A stretch of DNA of 64,000 nucleotides, from IMG/VR virus record IMGVR_UViG_3300020046_005360; one strand, written 5' to 3'. The notes under the pieces were generated by a model that made no database searches, was not told the origin of the DNA, and worked only from the letters and a program-made list of their open reading frames with translations. Position 1 is the stretch's first letter. Each line of letters opens with the position of its first letter. Position numbers and translations under genes: made by a program. The DNA comes from a virus. Taxonomy: Duplodnaviria; Caudoviricetes. Shown piece by piece: positions 39,037 through 48,128 of the stretch.

Positions 39037-39728
39037 AAGGGTGAATAACCTATTTTATCTTCAATATTGTTTATTTTACTATCAATTTCTCCTAAAAGTA
39101 ATTTGAATTTATTTTCTTTTTCTAAAATTTGTTCTACTGTATAACTAGTTGTATCTGTTCTAAAAGAAGACTCAACTTGAATATTTTGTAATTCATATTC
39201 TACTGTTGTATTACCTGATTCAAATATTTCTACAAGATGCTCTTCTTCCTCAGTATACTCCGTCTCATAAATATAAATATTATCCTTTCCAAACATATTT
39301 ATATACTCGTCTATTTGAGAATATACTTGTAACCATCGTTCTAGAAGAACTTGTTTGGGTATTCTTCGTTCACGAGAAAAATTGCGTTTAAACGCGATAA
39401 TTGGATTACAATATACTATTATGACTTTATATTGGTATTGCTTATAATCGATGATTTTGCGCAGAGTCTTCGTATTTGAACCAACGGTTTGAAGTATAAA
39501 ATTCCACCCTTCATCCATTTGATTTGGGAGGACAGTTTTATACAAGAAATTTGATGCTTTGAGTGGATTATTATAAAATTCACTATCCTCATTTTCAACC
39601 CAAATATCAGGATCAAGTCTCCCCCACATTTCTGGTTCTTGAAAATCATCCCAACGACATAATTCTTCTTCAAATTGGGTTTTACCTGATGCAGGTGAAC
39701 CCATTATTAAGATACCTTTATTGCTCAT
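38985..39728 (-). CDS. P-loop kinase (AAA_33/zeta-like)
   Basis: GSPASGKT, LDPD and RNFSRER. Confidence 0.7.
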   Translation of the reverse strand: MSNKGILIMGSPASGKTQFEEELCRWDDFQEPEMWGRLDPDIWVENEDSEFYNNPLKASNFLYKTVLPNQMDEGWNFILQTVGSNTKTLRKIIDYKQYQYKVIIVYCNPIIAFKRNFSRERRIPKQVLLERWLQVYSQIDEYINMFGKDNIYIYETEYTEEEEHLVEIFESGNTTVEYELQNIQVESSFRTDTTSYTVEQILEKENKFKLLLGEIDSKINNIEDKIGYSPLCYPKEKILQEITEWKD

Positions 39729-39864
39729 GTTTCTTTTGGATTATTGTTTGTAGTTTTTGGCTATCAGAATTTAAAAATTGTGGGAGTATTTCAATCCATT
39801 TTCTCATTAATTCTCTCTTTTTATATTCTTCTTTAGCAGTAATGTTTGGATTATTTACTTTCAT
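39718..39864 (-). CDS. 48-aa micro-ORF starting MKVNNPN
   Basis: Own translation MKVNNPNITAKEEYKKRELMRKW...; TAATG coupling with the upstream micro-ORF. Confidence 0.7.
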   Translation of the reverse strand: MKVNNPNITAKEEYKKRELMRKWIEILPQFLNSDSQKLQTIIQKKHEQ

Positions 39865-40001
39865 TACTTATCATCTTTAAAAAGTGATTGAAATTTATCT
39901 GGTACCATAGCGCTTTTTCTTCCAGGAGAAGTTATATATTTTCTAAATTCTTCATATAACTTAGCTTTTGCTAATACATCGTTTGGGTTATTTATTTTCA
40001 T
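39864..40001 (-). CDS. 45-aa micro-ORF starting MKINNPN
   Basis: Own translation MKINNPNDVLAKAKLYEEFRK...; first gene after the CGTATATTTA motif at 40016-40026. Confidence 0.7.
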   Translation of the reverse strand: MKINNPNDVLAKAKLYEEFRKYITSPGRKSAMVPDKFQSLFKDDK

Positions 40002-40055
40002 AACTTTAATTTTTGTAAATATACGAAGGCCCCTTTATGAGGCCTAATTTTTAAA

Positions 40056-40115
40056 TTATATGTTTAAACATATAAAGATGTAATTTTCGTATATTTTATA
40101 TGTAATTACATATAA
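40056..40115. repeat. Pair of perfect 20-bp palindromes TTATATGT-N4-ACATATAA, 40 bp apart
   Basis: 40056-40075 TTATATGTTTAAACATATAA; 40096-40115 TTATATGTAATTACATATAA. Confidence 0.85.
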
Positions 40116-40907
40116 CTACTTTTTTCGTTTTATAACAGTCGGGAAACTGAAATGTGATGGTTCTTGTTTTGGGTTTTCAATATCGAATATAATTCTTAAT
40201 GCTTTATAAATTTCAATATTTTTTTCATGTTTACGAGTTGGTTCTATAAGCTCCCAACCCTTTCCTTTAATTTTTTTACCTGTTTTGTCTGGTCCTCTTG
40301 AACCTGCTTTTAACCAAAGGATACCGGTTTTTGCTACTTTCTTTTGATAACATTCTTCATAACATGTTCTATATAATGAAGTTTGGATTTCATAAGTAGA
40401 AACAACTTGGTTTGATGTTTTTAAATCTATAATCCAAATTTCACCATTTATTTCACAAACTATATCACAAGTACCTGCTATTTTCAAAACATCAGAAAAT
40501 AAATGAACTTCTGCTTCTAGAAGAGTAGGTTTAAATAATTCCCAAAAGTCAACGAAATTAAGGAACATTCTCCATATTTCAGGATCATATTGTGGTTGTT
40601 GTTTACTATCAAGGAAAAATAATTCTTCTCCATTTAAATATCGTTCACACAAATCGTGTACTTTAGTACCATCATCTGCAGCTTTATGAGCAATAATTTT
40701 TGAATTATAACCATATTTCATCAACCATTCTTCAAAATGTTTACCCTTCGGGTAAAGACCTAATACTGATGTTATAGAGGGGTAATATTTTCCATTACGT
40801 CTATAGAAACGAGAATCCAAAGTTGTTATTTGAAGTGAGTCTTTGGATAATTCTAAAATACGACCGTATTTTTTATTTTTTAATATTATAGGTTTTTGTT
40901 CTGTCAT
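40116..40907 (-). CDS. PD-(D/E)xK exonuclease
   Basis: YPSITSVL, GTKVH, E...AGTCD...IDLKTS and Q..LY motifs. Confidence 0.85.
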   Translation of the reverse strand: MTEQKPIILKNKKYGRILELSKDSLQITTLDSRFYRRNGKYYPSITSVLGLYPKGKHFEEWLMKYGYNSKIIAHKAADDGTKVHDLCERYLNGEELFFLDSKQQPQYDPEIWRMFLNFVDFWELFKPTLLEAEVHLFSDVLKIAGTCDIVCEINGEIWIIDLKTSNQVVSTYEIQTSLYRTCYEECYQKKVAKTGILWLKAGSRGPDKTGKKIKGKGWELIEPTRKHEKNIEIYKALRIIFDIENPKQEPSHFSFPTVIKRKK

Positions 40908-41836
40908 ATACTCATTTTAAGTTTAAGTAAATCCCCATAAGTGAAAGGTTGGGATTTTTGGATTAATTTTGTGAATTTTTCAAAACCCATTTCACTTGGG
41001 TCTTTTCCTTTAAGTCTAACTACGTATACTTTTTTACCTAGATTAATTAACTCTTCTGCTAATTTAATTGTGTTTTTTAAAGCATCCTCATCGAGTGCGA
41101 GGTATATAGATTTTATTTTGTTTAATACTAGTTTTTTCCTAAGTTTTTCAGATACACTTTTTCCAAACAATGGAATCGCATTTCTTTTTATAGCTAACGA
41201 ATCGAAGGGGCCTTCACAGAGAATTACGGGTAAGTCCCAATTAATCATAGACTCAAAACCAATTATATTCTTATCAGATTGTGGGGCGTCTAATTTTTGG
41301 AATGGATCTTCTTCAAATGAACGTGCAACGAAATAATCTAATTTTCCATCTTTAGAATATGAAGGTATTATAACTTTATTTTTATATCGACCCGTTTCAC
41401 AAAATCCGATGTTATGTTTAATTATATCTCCGAATGATATTCCTCTATCTTTAATTAAGTATTTTAATGCATGGCGTGAAATTATATCTGTCTTTTTTAG
41501 ATTAATAAAGGGAGTAAATTCTGTTGGTAATTCAACTTGAATATCAACTTTTATTTTATCTTGTTTATAAGTTGTACCTAATATTTTATTTAATTCTTCA
41601 AATTTAGGAGTATCAACTTTTAACGCGTTAAACAGCGATTTAAGGGTCGTACCTTTACGACCACACGTCCAGCACGCATACGGGTTTTTATTTTTAGTAT
41701 TGGTAATTAAATTGACTTCTAGTTTTTTATTTTTATGATTACAAAAAGGACAATGATATGCGTAGTTCCCCTTTGATCTAACATCCCCTTTTCCTAAAAC
41801 TGATTCCACTAAACCCAATAATATCTGATCTATCAT
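40904..41836 (-). CDS. DNA primase
   Basis: CPFC/CWTC zinc finger; TOPRIM EGPFD, LDED and KDP. Confidence 0.88.
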   Translation of the reverse strand: MIDQILLGLVESVLGKGDVRSKGNYAYHCPFCNHKNKKLEVNLITNTKNKNPYACWTCGRKGTTLKSLFNALKVDTPKFEELNKILGTTYKQDKIKVDIQVELPTEFTPFINLKKTDIISRHALKYLIKDRGISFGDIIKHNIGFCETGRYKNKVIIPSYSKDGKLDYFVARSFEEDPFQKLDAPQSDKNIIGFESMINWDLPVILCEGPFDSLAIKRNAIPLFGKSVSEKLRKKLVLNKIKSIYLALDEDALKNTIKLAEELINLGKKVYVVRLKGKDPSEMGFEKFTKLIQKSQPFTYGDLLKLKMSI

Positions 41837-41841
41837 ATCCT

Positions 41842-42576
41842 TTATTTAAATTTCCATATGAAACCATATGCTTGTTTTGCTTTGTTATTACAACAATTTG
41901 ATATTGAAATTGGACTATTTTTATTAAAAAATAAAGAAGCAGACTTCATATTATCCCATTCTTTAATATAACTACCATCTAAATCAAATTGAATAACTTT
42001 TATACTACGTCTATTTGACTTTTTATCAACATAAACAGGTTTGTCCTTTTTAATTTTGGTGTTTTTATATTTTATATAAGAAAAGTTTTCTTCTAATGGA
42101 TTATTTTTAAATCTCCAAACAAATCCACCAGAAGTATTTTGATTACCTTTAATACAATTCGATATATCTCTAATTTTAATACCTAAAATATTTTCTACTT
42201 CTGTTAAACTAGGCCACTCTTTAATAAAATTACCTTTTATATCATATTGTAATATAGGTTTTACTCCTTTACCTATACTAGATATACTTAATTTTAATAT
42301 GGATTCATAAGAAAATGAACTAGGCCCACCTCCTCCTTCATTTTCATTTAATACTTCGAATCCAAAATTTTTAAATTGTCTAATCCAGAAAGTTTCTAAA
42401 GGTTTCCAATCTTTATGATTCCAAGAATTTACTTCATCAATATAATCGTAAGTAATATACTCACCGAAGGTCTTTTTATGTTTATTTTCTCTAGAATTTT
42501 TTGTTTTACCAATATAGACTTTGTTAGGGTCTCCATGGCAATTAGTAACTAGGTAAATTTTGGTAAGTTCTATCAT
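41842..42576 (-). CDS. GIY-YIG-like homing endonuclease with NUMOD1 repeats
   Basis: Paralog of 13918..14814 (TKIYLVTNC.G.PNK.YIGKT). Confidence 0.8.
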   Translation of the reverse strand: MIELTKIYLVTNCHGDPNKVYIGKTKNSRENKHKKTFGEYITYDYIDEVNSWNHKDWKPLETFWIRQFKNFGFEVLNENEGGGGPSSFSYESILKLSISSIGKGVKPILQYDIKGNFIKEWPSLTEVENILGIKIRDISNCIKGNQNTSGGFVWRFKNNPLEENFSYIKYKNTKIKKDKPVYVDKKSNRRSIKVIQFDLDGSYIKEWDNMKSASLFFNKNSPISISNCCNNKAKQAYGFIWKFK

Positions 42577-42578
42577 AA

Positions 42579-42773
42579 CTATTTATACGTAAAGTTTTTA
42601 ACTAAAAATAATTTATCAAATTCTTCTTTTACGACAAATAATTTATCAAATTCTCCTATTGATAAATTTTTTAATCCAATAAAATAGATAACAGCAAGAT
42701 CTATTCTTTTATTTTCTGTAATAGTTACACATTCTTCTAGATTATTTTTACTATATAAACCGAACTTAGCCAT
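42579..42773 (-). CDS. Small hypothetical protein with duplicated C-terminal EFDKLFxVK
   Basis: ORF track; 30-nt-period repeat at about 42606-42654. Confidence 0.55.
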   Translation of the reverse strand: MAKFGLYSKNNLEECVTITENKRIDLAVIYFIGLKNLSIGEFDKLFVVKEEFDKLFLVKNFTYK

Positions 42774-42825
42774 AATTTATTTTTGTTGTAAGTATACGAA
42801 AAGCCTCTTACGAGGCCTAATATAT

Positions 42826-43266
42826 TTATATAAAATCTTTACGATGGAATTTTCCAAGGATTGAGTTATTGAAGGAATCAGTTTGTAACACATTATAACT
42901 GAATTGATATTGTGTTTCAAAATAAGTAAGTTGTTTTGATGAATAAGCTAATTGTATTATAACTCGTTCGAAATTATCTTTACCTTTCTTTTTAATTTCT
43001 TCATTTAATTCTTTACTTGAACCCCAGTATGTCAACCAATCACTTTCACTCTTTACTCGTTTAGTAGTAGGTCTACGTCCTGGTTTTACTTCTATTAGAG
43101 CGAGTTCTTTTTTCCCTAATTTCTTTTTTCTATCGAATATTAATTGTTTTTTTCCGATATATATTCTTCCTGTTTCTATTTCTGTTATACGGTAAATGAA
43201 ACCAAAGGCTCCATCAAATTCTTCTATATTATTATATTCTTTTCCTTGTAGGTTTGTCCAAGTCAT
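42826..43266 (-). CDS. Stand-alone GIY-YIG nuclease (T4 EndoII/DenA-like size)
   Basis: GFIYRIT...YIGKK...YWGSS...E...N. Confidence 0.75.
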   Translation of the reverse strand: MTWTNLQGKEYNNIEEFDGAFGFIYRITEIETGRIYIGKKQLIFDRKKKLGKKELALIEVKPGRRPTTKRVKSESDWLTYWGSSKELNEEIKKKGKDNFERVIIQLAYSSKQLTYFETQYQFSYNVLQTDSFNNSILGKFHRKDFI

Positions 43267-43280
43267 ATTTTTGTTTTAGG

Positions 43281-43559
43281 TTACATATCAATCCTTACTA
43301 CTATGCATGTATCAGTTGTAGAAGATAAAGGTATGGGTTGTGCTAATTTAGCTACTGCTATTAATTCATTAGTATCATTATACAATCCTACTGTGGTAAT
43401 ATATGGAGAAAAAGTTTCCTCTAAAGCAAATTCTTTTAAATCACCATATGAACCCGTTTGTAATGTTGGATTTTGTGAATAATTTAATTCATTTTCTCCA
43501 ATAATACAACGTATTTCAGTTTCATATATTATATAATTATTTTTAAATTTTAAATCCAT
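43281..43559 (-). CDS. Structural-protein C-terminal domain (paralog of 46443..47462 C-terminus)
   Basis: NYSQNP...YITTVGLYND.NELIAVAKL..P. Confidence 0.7.
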   Translation of the reverse strand: MDLKFKNNYIIYETEIRCIIGENELNYSQNPTLQTGSYGDLKEFALEETFSPYITTVGLYNDTNELIAVAKLAQPIPLSSTTDTCIVVRIDM

Positions 43560-43583
43560 TTATTTATTTTGTTTAACATGAAG

Positions 43584-44381
43584 TTAAATATTTACTTTCC
43601 CTTCTGTATCAATACGTACAACTTGATTTAATTCTTGTGATTTATAATATAAATTATAACCATCAGCTTTATTTGATAGTCCACCATCATACCATAACTG
43701 TGCTCCATTTATTAAAGTAGGAGCATCATTAAAATATACTACTGGATAAGATGTTGCAGCATAAGCTTCACTAATAGTACTTACACCTGGAGAGAAACGG
43801 TGGTAATACGAGGGAGTTGGTTCAATACATTTTGCTTCTTGAATATTAGAATATGAAGAAGAATTTGATCCTGAACATATAGATTTAGCTCTAAAATACA
43901 CAGGTGAATATCGATTTAATGGTAAAGTTAATAATCCACTAGGTGAAGTTTCAGATCTATTAGTTAATCCATTTGATATATTTACAGATAAAGGGCTAAT
44001 TATACTTCCTGAATAATCTGTCACTGTAGTTCCTTTTACTTCTCCTGTAAATCCAGAATTTAGACAGTATTCTACTCTTAATCCAGAAATAGGATTAGAT
44101 CCTGCTTCTATATTAAATTGATATGTGTAGTTATATGAGCTATCACAAAACTGAGATGTAGCTGGGTGTAATATAGGTGCTACACATAATAATGGTACTA
44201 CACAATTATAAGGATCATATGTTTTATAATAAAATAATTGATTACATAATGATGAAGATATAAAATCAGACCCGGAATCGAATGTTACTGTGAATGAAGA
44301 TGTTACTATTGATCCTGAACTAGGTCCTGTTGTAAATATCTGTATTACTTGTGGATTTATTTTATATCCAGTGTTTGCCAT
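43584..44381 (-). CDS. Ser/Thr/Cys-rich virion/tail accessory protein
   Basis: Beta-rich composition, FN3-like YFRAKSIC segment. Confidence 0.5.
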   Translation of the reverse strand: MANTGYKINPQVIQIFTTGPSSGSIVTSSFTVTFDSGSDFISSSLCNQLFYYKTYDPYNCVVPLLCVAPILHPATSQFCDSSYNYTYQFNIEAGSNPISGLRVEYCLNSGFTGEVKGTTVTDYSGSIISPLSVNISNGLTNRSETSPSGLLTLPLNRYSPVYFRAKSICSGSNSSSYSNIQEAKCIEPTPSYYHRFSPGVSTISEAYAATSYPVVYFNDAPTLINGAQLWYDGGLSNKADGYNLYYKSQELNQVVRIDTEGKVNI

Positions 44382-44392
44382 AATTATTTTTG

Positions 44393-46393
44393 TTATATGT
44401 TTTCACAATAAGATCCACTATAAATATATTGTCTTCCATACACTTCTTGGTAAATTGTTTTCTTACAACCATTATTATCAGTAACAGAAGCTGTTAATAT
44501 TAATGGATTTAAATTATCATAATATAATTGGATATTATTACTATCTGAATTGTATATACTTCCAGATGAAAAGACTTTATAAGTATATGGAGCTACTCCT
44601 CCACTAACATTCAATATTATATTAGAGAAACATGGGTTTGAGTAATCTATAGATGATGATAATACCATTTCACTAAACGTTCCTATTATTACACTTGACG
44701 TTTGTGAACAATATCCATCATATGTTTGGATTGAATATGAACCTGATGCTAGATTATTTAAATATAATGATGATGTGTTGTATGAAGATGTAGTTAAGTC
44801 TGGTTTAATTATTCTTATAGATATATTATTTGAGTAAGTTCCTTGGAAATTATTTATAGTTAAAGTTCCACTATTAATACAAGTAACATCACTATAAATA
44901 GTATTATATGAATATGGGTTTAGATTACTTGAACTAAAAGATGATGTTAAAACACATCCTTCAGTATTATATAAATAAACATAATGACTTCCTGTTGAAA
45001 CTAATACAGAAGCTGTTATAGGGTATTGTATCGGATTTGAATCTATTTTAAAATAAGAAGCATTTGATGATGTAACTGTAAATATTCCTCCACTTACATC
45101 ACAAGATGGTAGTGGTTTTATATTTAAGTTATATATAATAGGTTCTTCAAAAGCATTAAATGATGTTGAAGTTATATTATTTATATAATCTTTAACATAT
45201 AATGAGCTTGATAATGAATTTACACTTCCTGTAACTGTTATATTATTAAATCCAGGTATACTAGTATAATTTATATTATCGAATGAATAACTATATACAG
45301 GAACCCCATAATCTATATCAAAACTGTAACTAACACTTCCTGTAGTATTATTACATATTTTTTCTACATTTAGATTATTTATTTCTAGTTTTTGTTGTAT
45401 TATATTTAAATATATATATCCTAAATTACTTTGTAGTCCTGTATTATTATTAACAGTATATCCTATTTTATAAGAACCAGGAACATAACTAGTTTGATTA
45501 TCTACTAAATATAAAAACCCATCAACTCCTATAAAACTGTCAGGAAAATCATATCCTTCTATAGGAATTAAAACAACACTACTAAAATCTATACCTCCAC
45601 AATCTGAATAATCATTTTCTGTAATATCATAATTAATAGATCTAGAAACATTTAGTTCAGTATAATAGTTATTTATTGCGGTTGGAGGTGAACCTAATAA
45701 ACATATATAATCTTGGTTTGTTACAACTACTAATCCTAAAGAATAAAATATATTCCCAATATAAATGGCTGTAGGAATGCCCGATTCTATTATTTCATTA
45801 TAATTTTCCTCTGTTGTATAATCAAATACATTTCCTTCTCCATCATCTTTTACATAATAACTCCCTGATTCTAATAAAAATGTGTTTGGTAGAATATTAT
45901 TCCCATAAAGGTTTTTATCTATTGAGATAATTGTTACTAAACTTCCTCTATAAGCATCAAAAAAGGTTTCATCATATAATGAGGTGTTATCATATACATT
46001 AGAATCATTATATATGCTATTAACCCCTTGAAATGAGGATCCACTTTCTTTTGATATTCTTCTTAAATTTGTATCAAAAGTACCAGAATATAAAGTAGTT
46101 TGAGGGTAATCATAATATGAAGAAGATGTTGTAAGAGATCCACTATCTATATAATTTTTATAAAATAAATGTTTAACAGAATTAAATATTAATCTTTTAT
46201 ATTCATTATTAGAAGTTTGGTTATCATTAACAGGATCAAAATAATTTATTATATCATTTATAGTATATTCACCAAAATATAAAGTTATTCCACTTCCAGA
46301 TATATTTGATATATCAAAATTGTATTGTTTATTAGCATAATATGGGGATATTGTTACATTTTCGGGATGGATTTTTTTATATGCAAAACTCAT
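44393..46393 (-). CDS. Tail/baseplate protein with Ig-like and SprB-like repeats
   Basis: N-terminal DDG.GN...GNIFY..GL domain; SGGVAPYTY...VTDNNGC repeats. Confidence 0.6.
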   Translation of the reverse strand: MSFAYKKIHPENVTISPYYANKQYNFDISNISGSGITLYFGEYTINDIINYFDPVNDNQTSNNEYKRLIFNSVKHLFYKNYIDSGSLTTSSSYYDYPQTTLYSGTFDTNLRRISKESGSSFQGVNSIYNDSNVYDNTSLYDETFFDAYRGSLVTIISIDKNLYGNNILPNTFLLESGSYYVKDDGEGNVFDYTTEENYNEIIESGIPTAIYIGNIFYSLGLVVVTNQDYICLLGSPPTAINNYYTELNVSRSINYDITENDYSDCGGIDFSSVVLIPIEGYDFPDSFIGVDGFLYLVDNQTSYVPGSYKIGYTVNNNTGLQSNLGYIYLNIIQQKLEINNLNVEKICNNTTGSVSYSFDIDYGVPVYSYSFDNINYTSIPGFNNITVTGSVNSLSSSLYVKDYINNITSTSFNAFEEPIIYNLNIKPLPSCDVSGGIFTVTSSNASYFKIDSNPIQYPITASVLVSTGSHYVYLYNTEGCVLTSSFSSSNLNPYSYNTIYSDVTCINSGTLTINNFQGTYSNNISIRIIKPDLTTSSYNTSSLYLNNLASGSYSIQTYDGYCSQTSSVIIGTFSEMVLSSSIDYSNPCFSNIILNVSGGVAPYTYKVFSSGSIYNSDSNNIQLYYDNLNPLILTASVTDNNGCKKTIYQEVYGRQYIYSGSYCENI

Positions 46394-46442
46394 ATTATTA
46401 TATAGGTTGGTGTTTTAATTAAAGAAGTTTGGTGAATTAATT

Positions 46443-47462
46443 TTAGAAATCTATTTTAACTCTCAAAAGTAGTTCTTTTGTAAAATCTTTAGTTAATGGT
46501 TTTGATAGTTTAGCTACTGCTAATAATTCGTTAGCACTATTATATAATCCAACAGTAGTAATAAAAGTTTGAGGATTATTAATTAAAGTATCATAATAAA
46601 ATTCTCCATTGCTATTTATTACTGATGGATTCGAAGTGTAATTAAATTCACCATTTTTTACTCTTATAAAGATATAATCAGATGTTATAGTTTCTTCACT
46701 ATTTAAAGAAAAACGACTTCCAGCATTAATACTATTAAATAATTCAATATTATTATTATCCTTAGCACCATCATTTGGACTAAAATCAATACTCATACCT
46801 ATACCCCCATTAGCTTTTGAAAGTGCTAAGGCTCTTGGATTTAATAATATTAACCCAACATCAGGTAGAAATTTACCATAAGAACCGGATACCGTTTTAC
46901 CACCCCCAGTAATAGATTTTCCATCACTACCACTAACAATATCAAATACTCTACCAGCATCACAATAACTAACTACAGTCGAATCTTTACTATTATTAGT
47001 TAAAGATACAGAGGATGTTGATTTACTTAATACTAGATTAAACGTAGATAAAAATAGTTTTTCTTTATATCTAGATCTATTTATATTAATAGAATAAAAA
47101 TCTACAGAATCTGTATTTCCACTACCAAAATTTATCGGTGTATTTTCATCTCCATTTATTAATGTTCTAATTTGTCCATAAGTAATTCTTGTTGGAGATA
47201 AACTAGGTACTATAGGATTTATAAGAGCTGAACCAGATCCATTTTTATTTCCATATATTATAGAAAATTGGGGAGAAGGAGAAGTTGGAGAATTTGGATC
47301 TAAATTAATATCAGATGAATATACATCTAAATAAGGTTTTGTATTTTCTGCTGATGATTTATATATATTATTTATTATAGGTTTTCCTTCGCTCCATAAT
47401 GTAGATACTATAGAGTCTGAACTTATTACTATGTCTTCTGGATTTAATGTTGAAAAACTCAT
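46443..47462 (-). CDS. Virion structural (baseplate/tail) protein
   Basis: Tail-module context; C-terminal FITTVGLYN..NELLAVAKL. Confidence 0.6.
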   Translation of the reverse strand: MSFSTLNPEDIVISSDSIVSTLWSEGKPIINNIYKSSAENTKPYLDVYSSDINLDPNSPTSPSPQFSIIYGNKNGSGSALINPIVPSLSPTRITYGQIRTLINGDENTPINFGSGNTDSVDFYSININRSRYKEKLFLSTFNLVLSKSTSSVSLTNNSKDSTVVSYCDAGRVFDIVSGSDGKSITGGGKTVSGSYGKFLPDVGLILLNPRALALSKANGGIGMSIDFSPNDGAKDNNNIELFNSINAGSRFSLNSEETITSDYIFIRVKNGEFNYTSNPSVINSNGEFYYDTLINNPQTFITTVGLYNSANELLAVAKLSKPLTKDFTKELLLRVKIDF

Positions 47463-48121
47463 TAATTGTTGTTTTTTATAAGGGTTAAAGGGATTGTTAC
47501 TCTAGCTCCAGAGTCTCTTCCTACTATTGTTATTATGGTTGATATGGAGGTTTGTGTACCAAATAATGTATTGATTGTAGTACCAGTAATATTTAATACT
47601 GTTCCTATAACTGTTTTAGATACGTTTGTTCCTAAAGTAGTTGTTGAATTTATATTATTAACTTCTTGTGTACTTATACCAGTTCCCTCAAATAATGATA
47701 CTAATCTTGAATCACCAATATTAAAAGTATAACCAGATGATTCAAAAGTTGCGTTAGCTCCTAAATAATTTAATGTTTGAGGTGTTATTGAAAGAGAGGC
47801 TCCTTGTTTTAATGATATCGCAGTATAACCAACATCTAGTATAGGAAGTTTTGCTGTTCCTCTAGGTAAAGTTAATAATTTATATTTCATTATTTGATTT
47901 TCATCCGGGAACGCTTCTAATATAGGCATTGCTTCTATAGCTTCTCCAAAAAAAGCAGAACCTGATGGATGATTTGGGTTATATAACGTATAATCTATTT
48001 CATCATCAGATAAAGCAAATTGTGTAATTTTAAAAGAGCCATCATTTTTAGCTAATAATTCTCTTCCTTTCTTCGTAAGAATACTATCTATTGTTATAGC
48101 ATCTCCATTTAAGTATCCCAT
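47462..48121 (-). CDS. Virion structural (baseplate/tail) protein
   Basis: LTKKGRELLA...ITQFALSD resembles the N-terminal domains of baseplate/fibre-attachment proteins. Confidence 0.6.
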   Translation of the reverse strand: MGYLNGDAITIDSILTKKGRELLAKNDGSFKITQFALSDDEIDYTLYNPNHPSGSAFFGEAIEAMPILEAFPDENQIMKYKLLTLPRGTAKLPILDVGYTAISLKQGASLSITPQTLNYLGANATFESSGYTFNIGDSRLVSLFEGTGISTQEVNNINSTTTLGTNVSKTVIGTVLNITGTTINTLFGTQTSISTIITIVGRDSGARVTIPLTLIKNNN

Positions 48122-48128
48122 ATTATTT

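Noticed and set aside
6590-40001. GAAATAAAAGTAAATAATCC-like repeats as a CRISPR array, attC sites or DGR
   Set aside because: Dispersed, irregularly spaced, always in frame, synonymously variable and non-palindromic; no cas, integrase or reverse transcriptase in the window.
40116-40907. Cas4/CRISPR-associated nuclease
   Set aside because: Lacks the four-Cys Fe-S pattern; sits in a replication operon with primase; no array.
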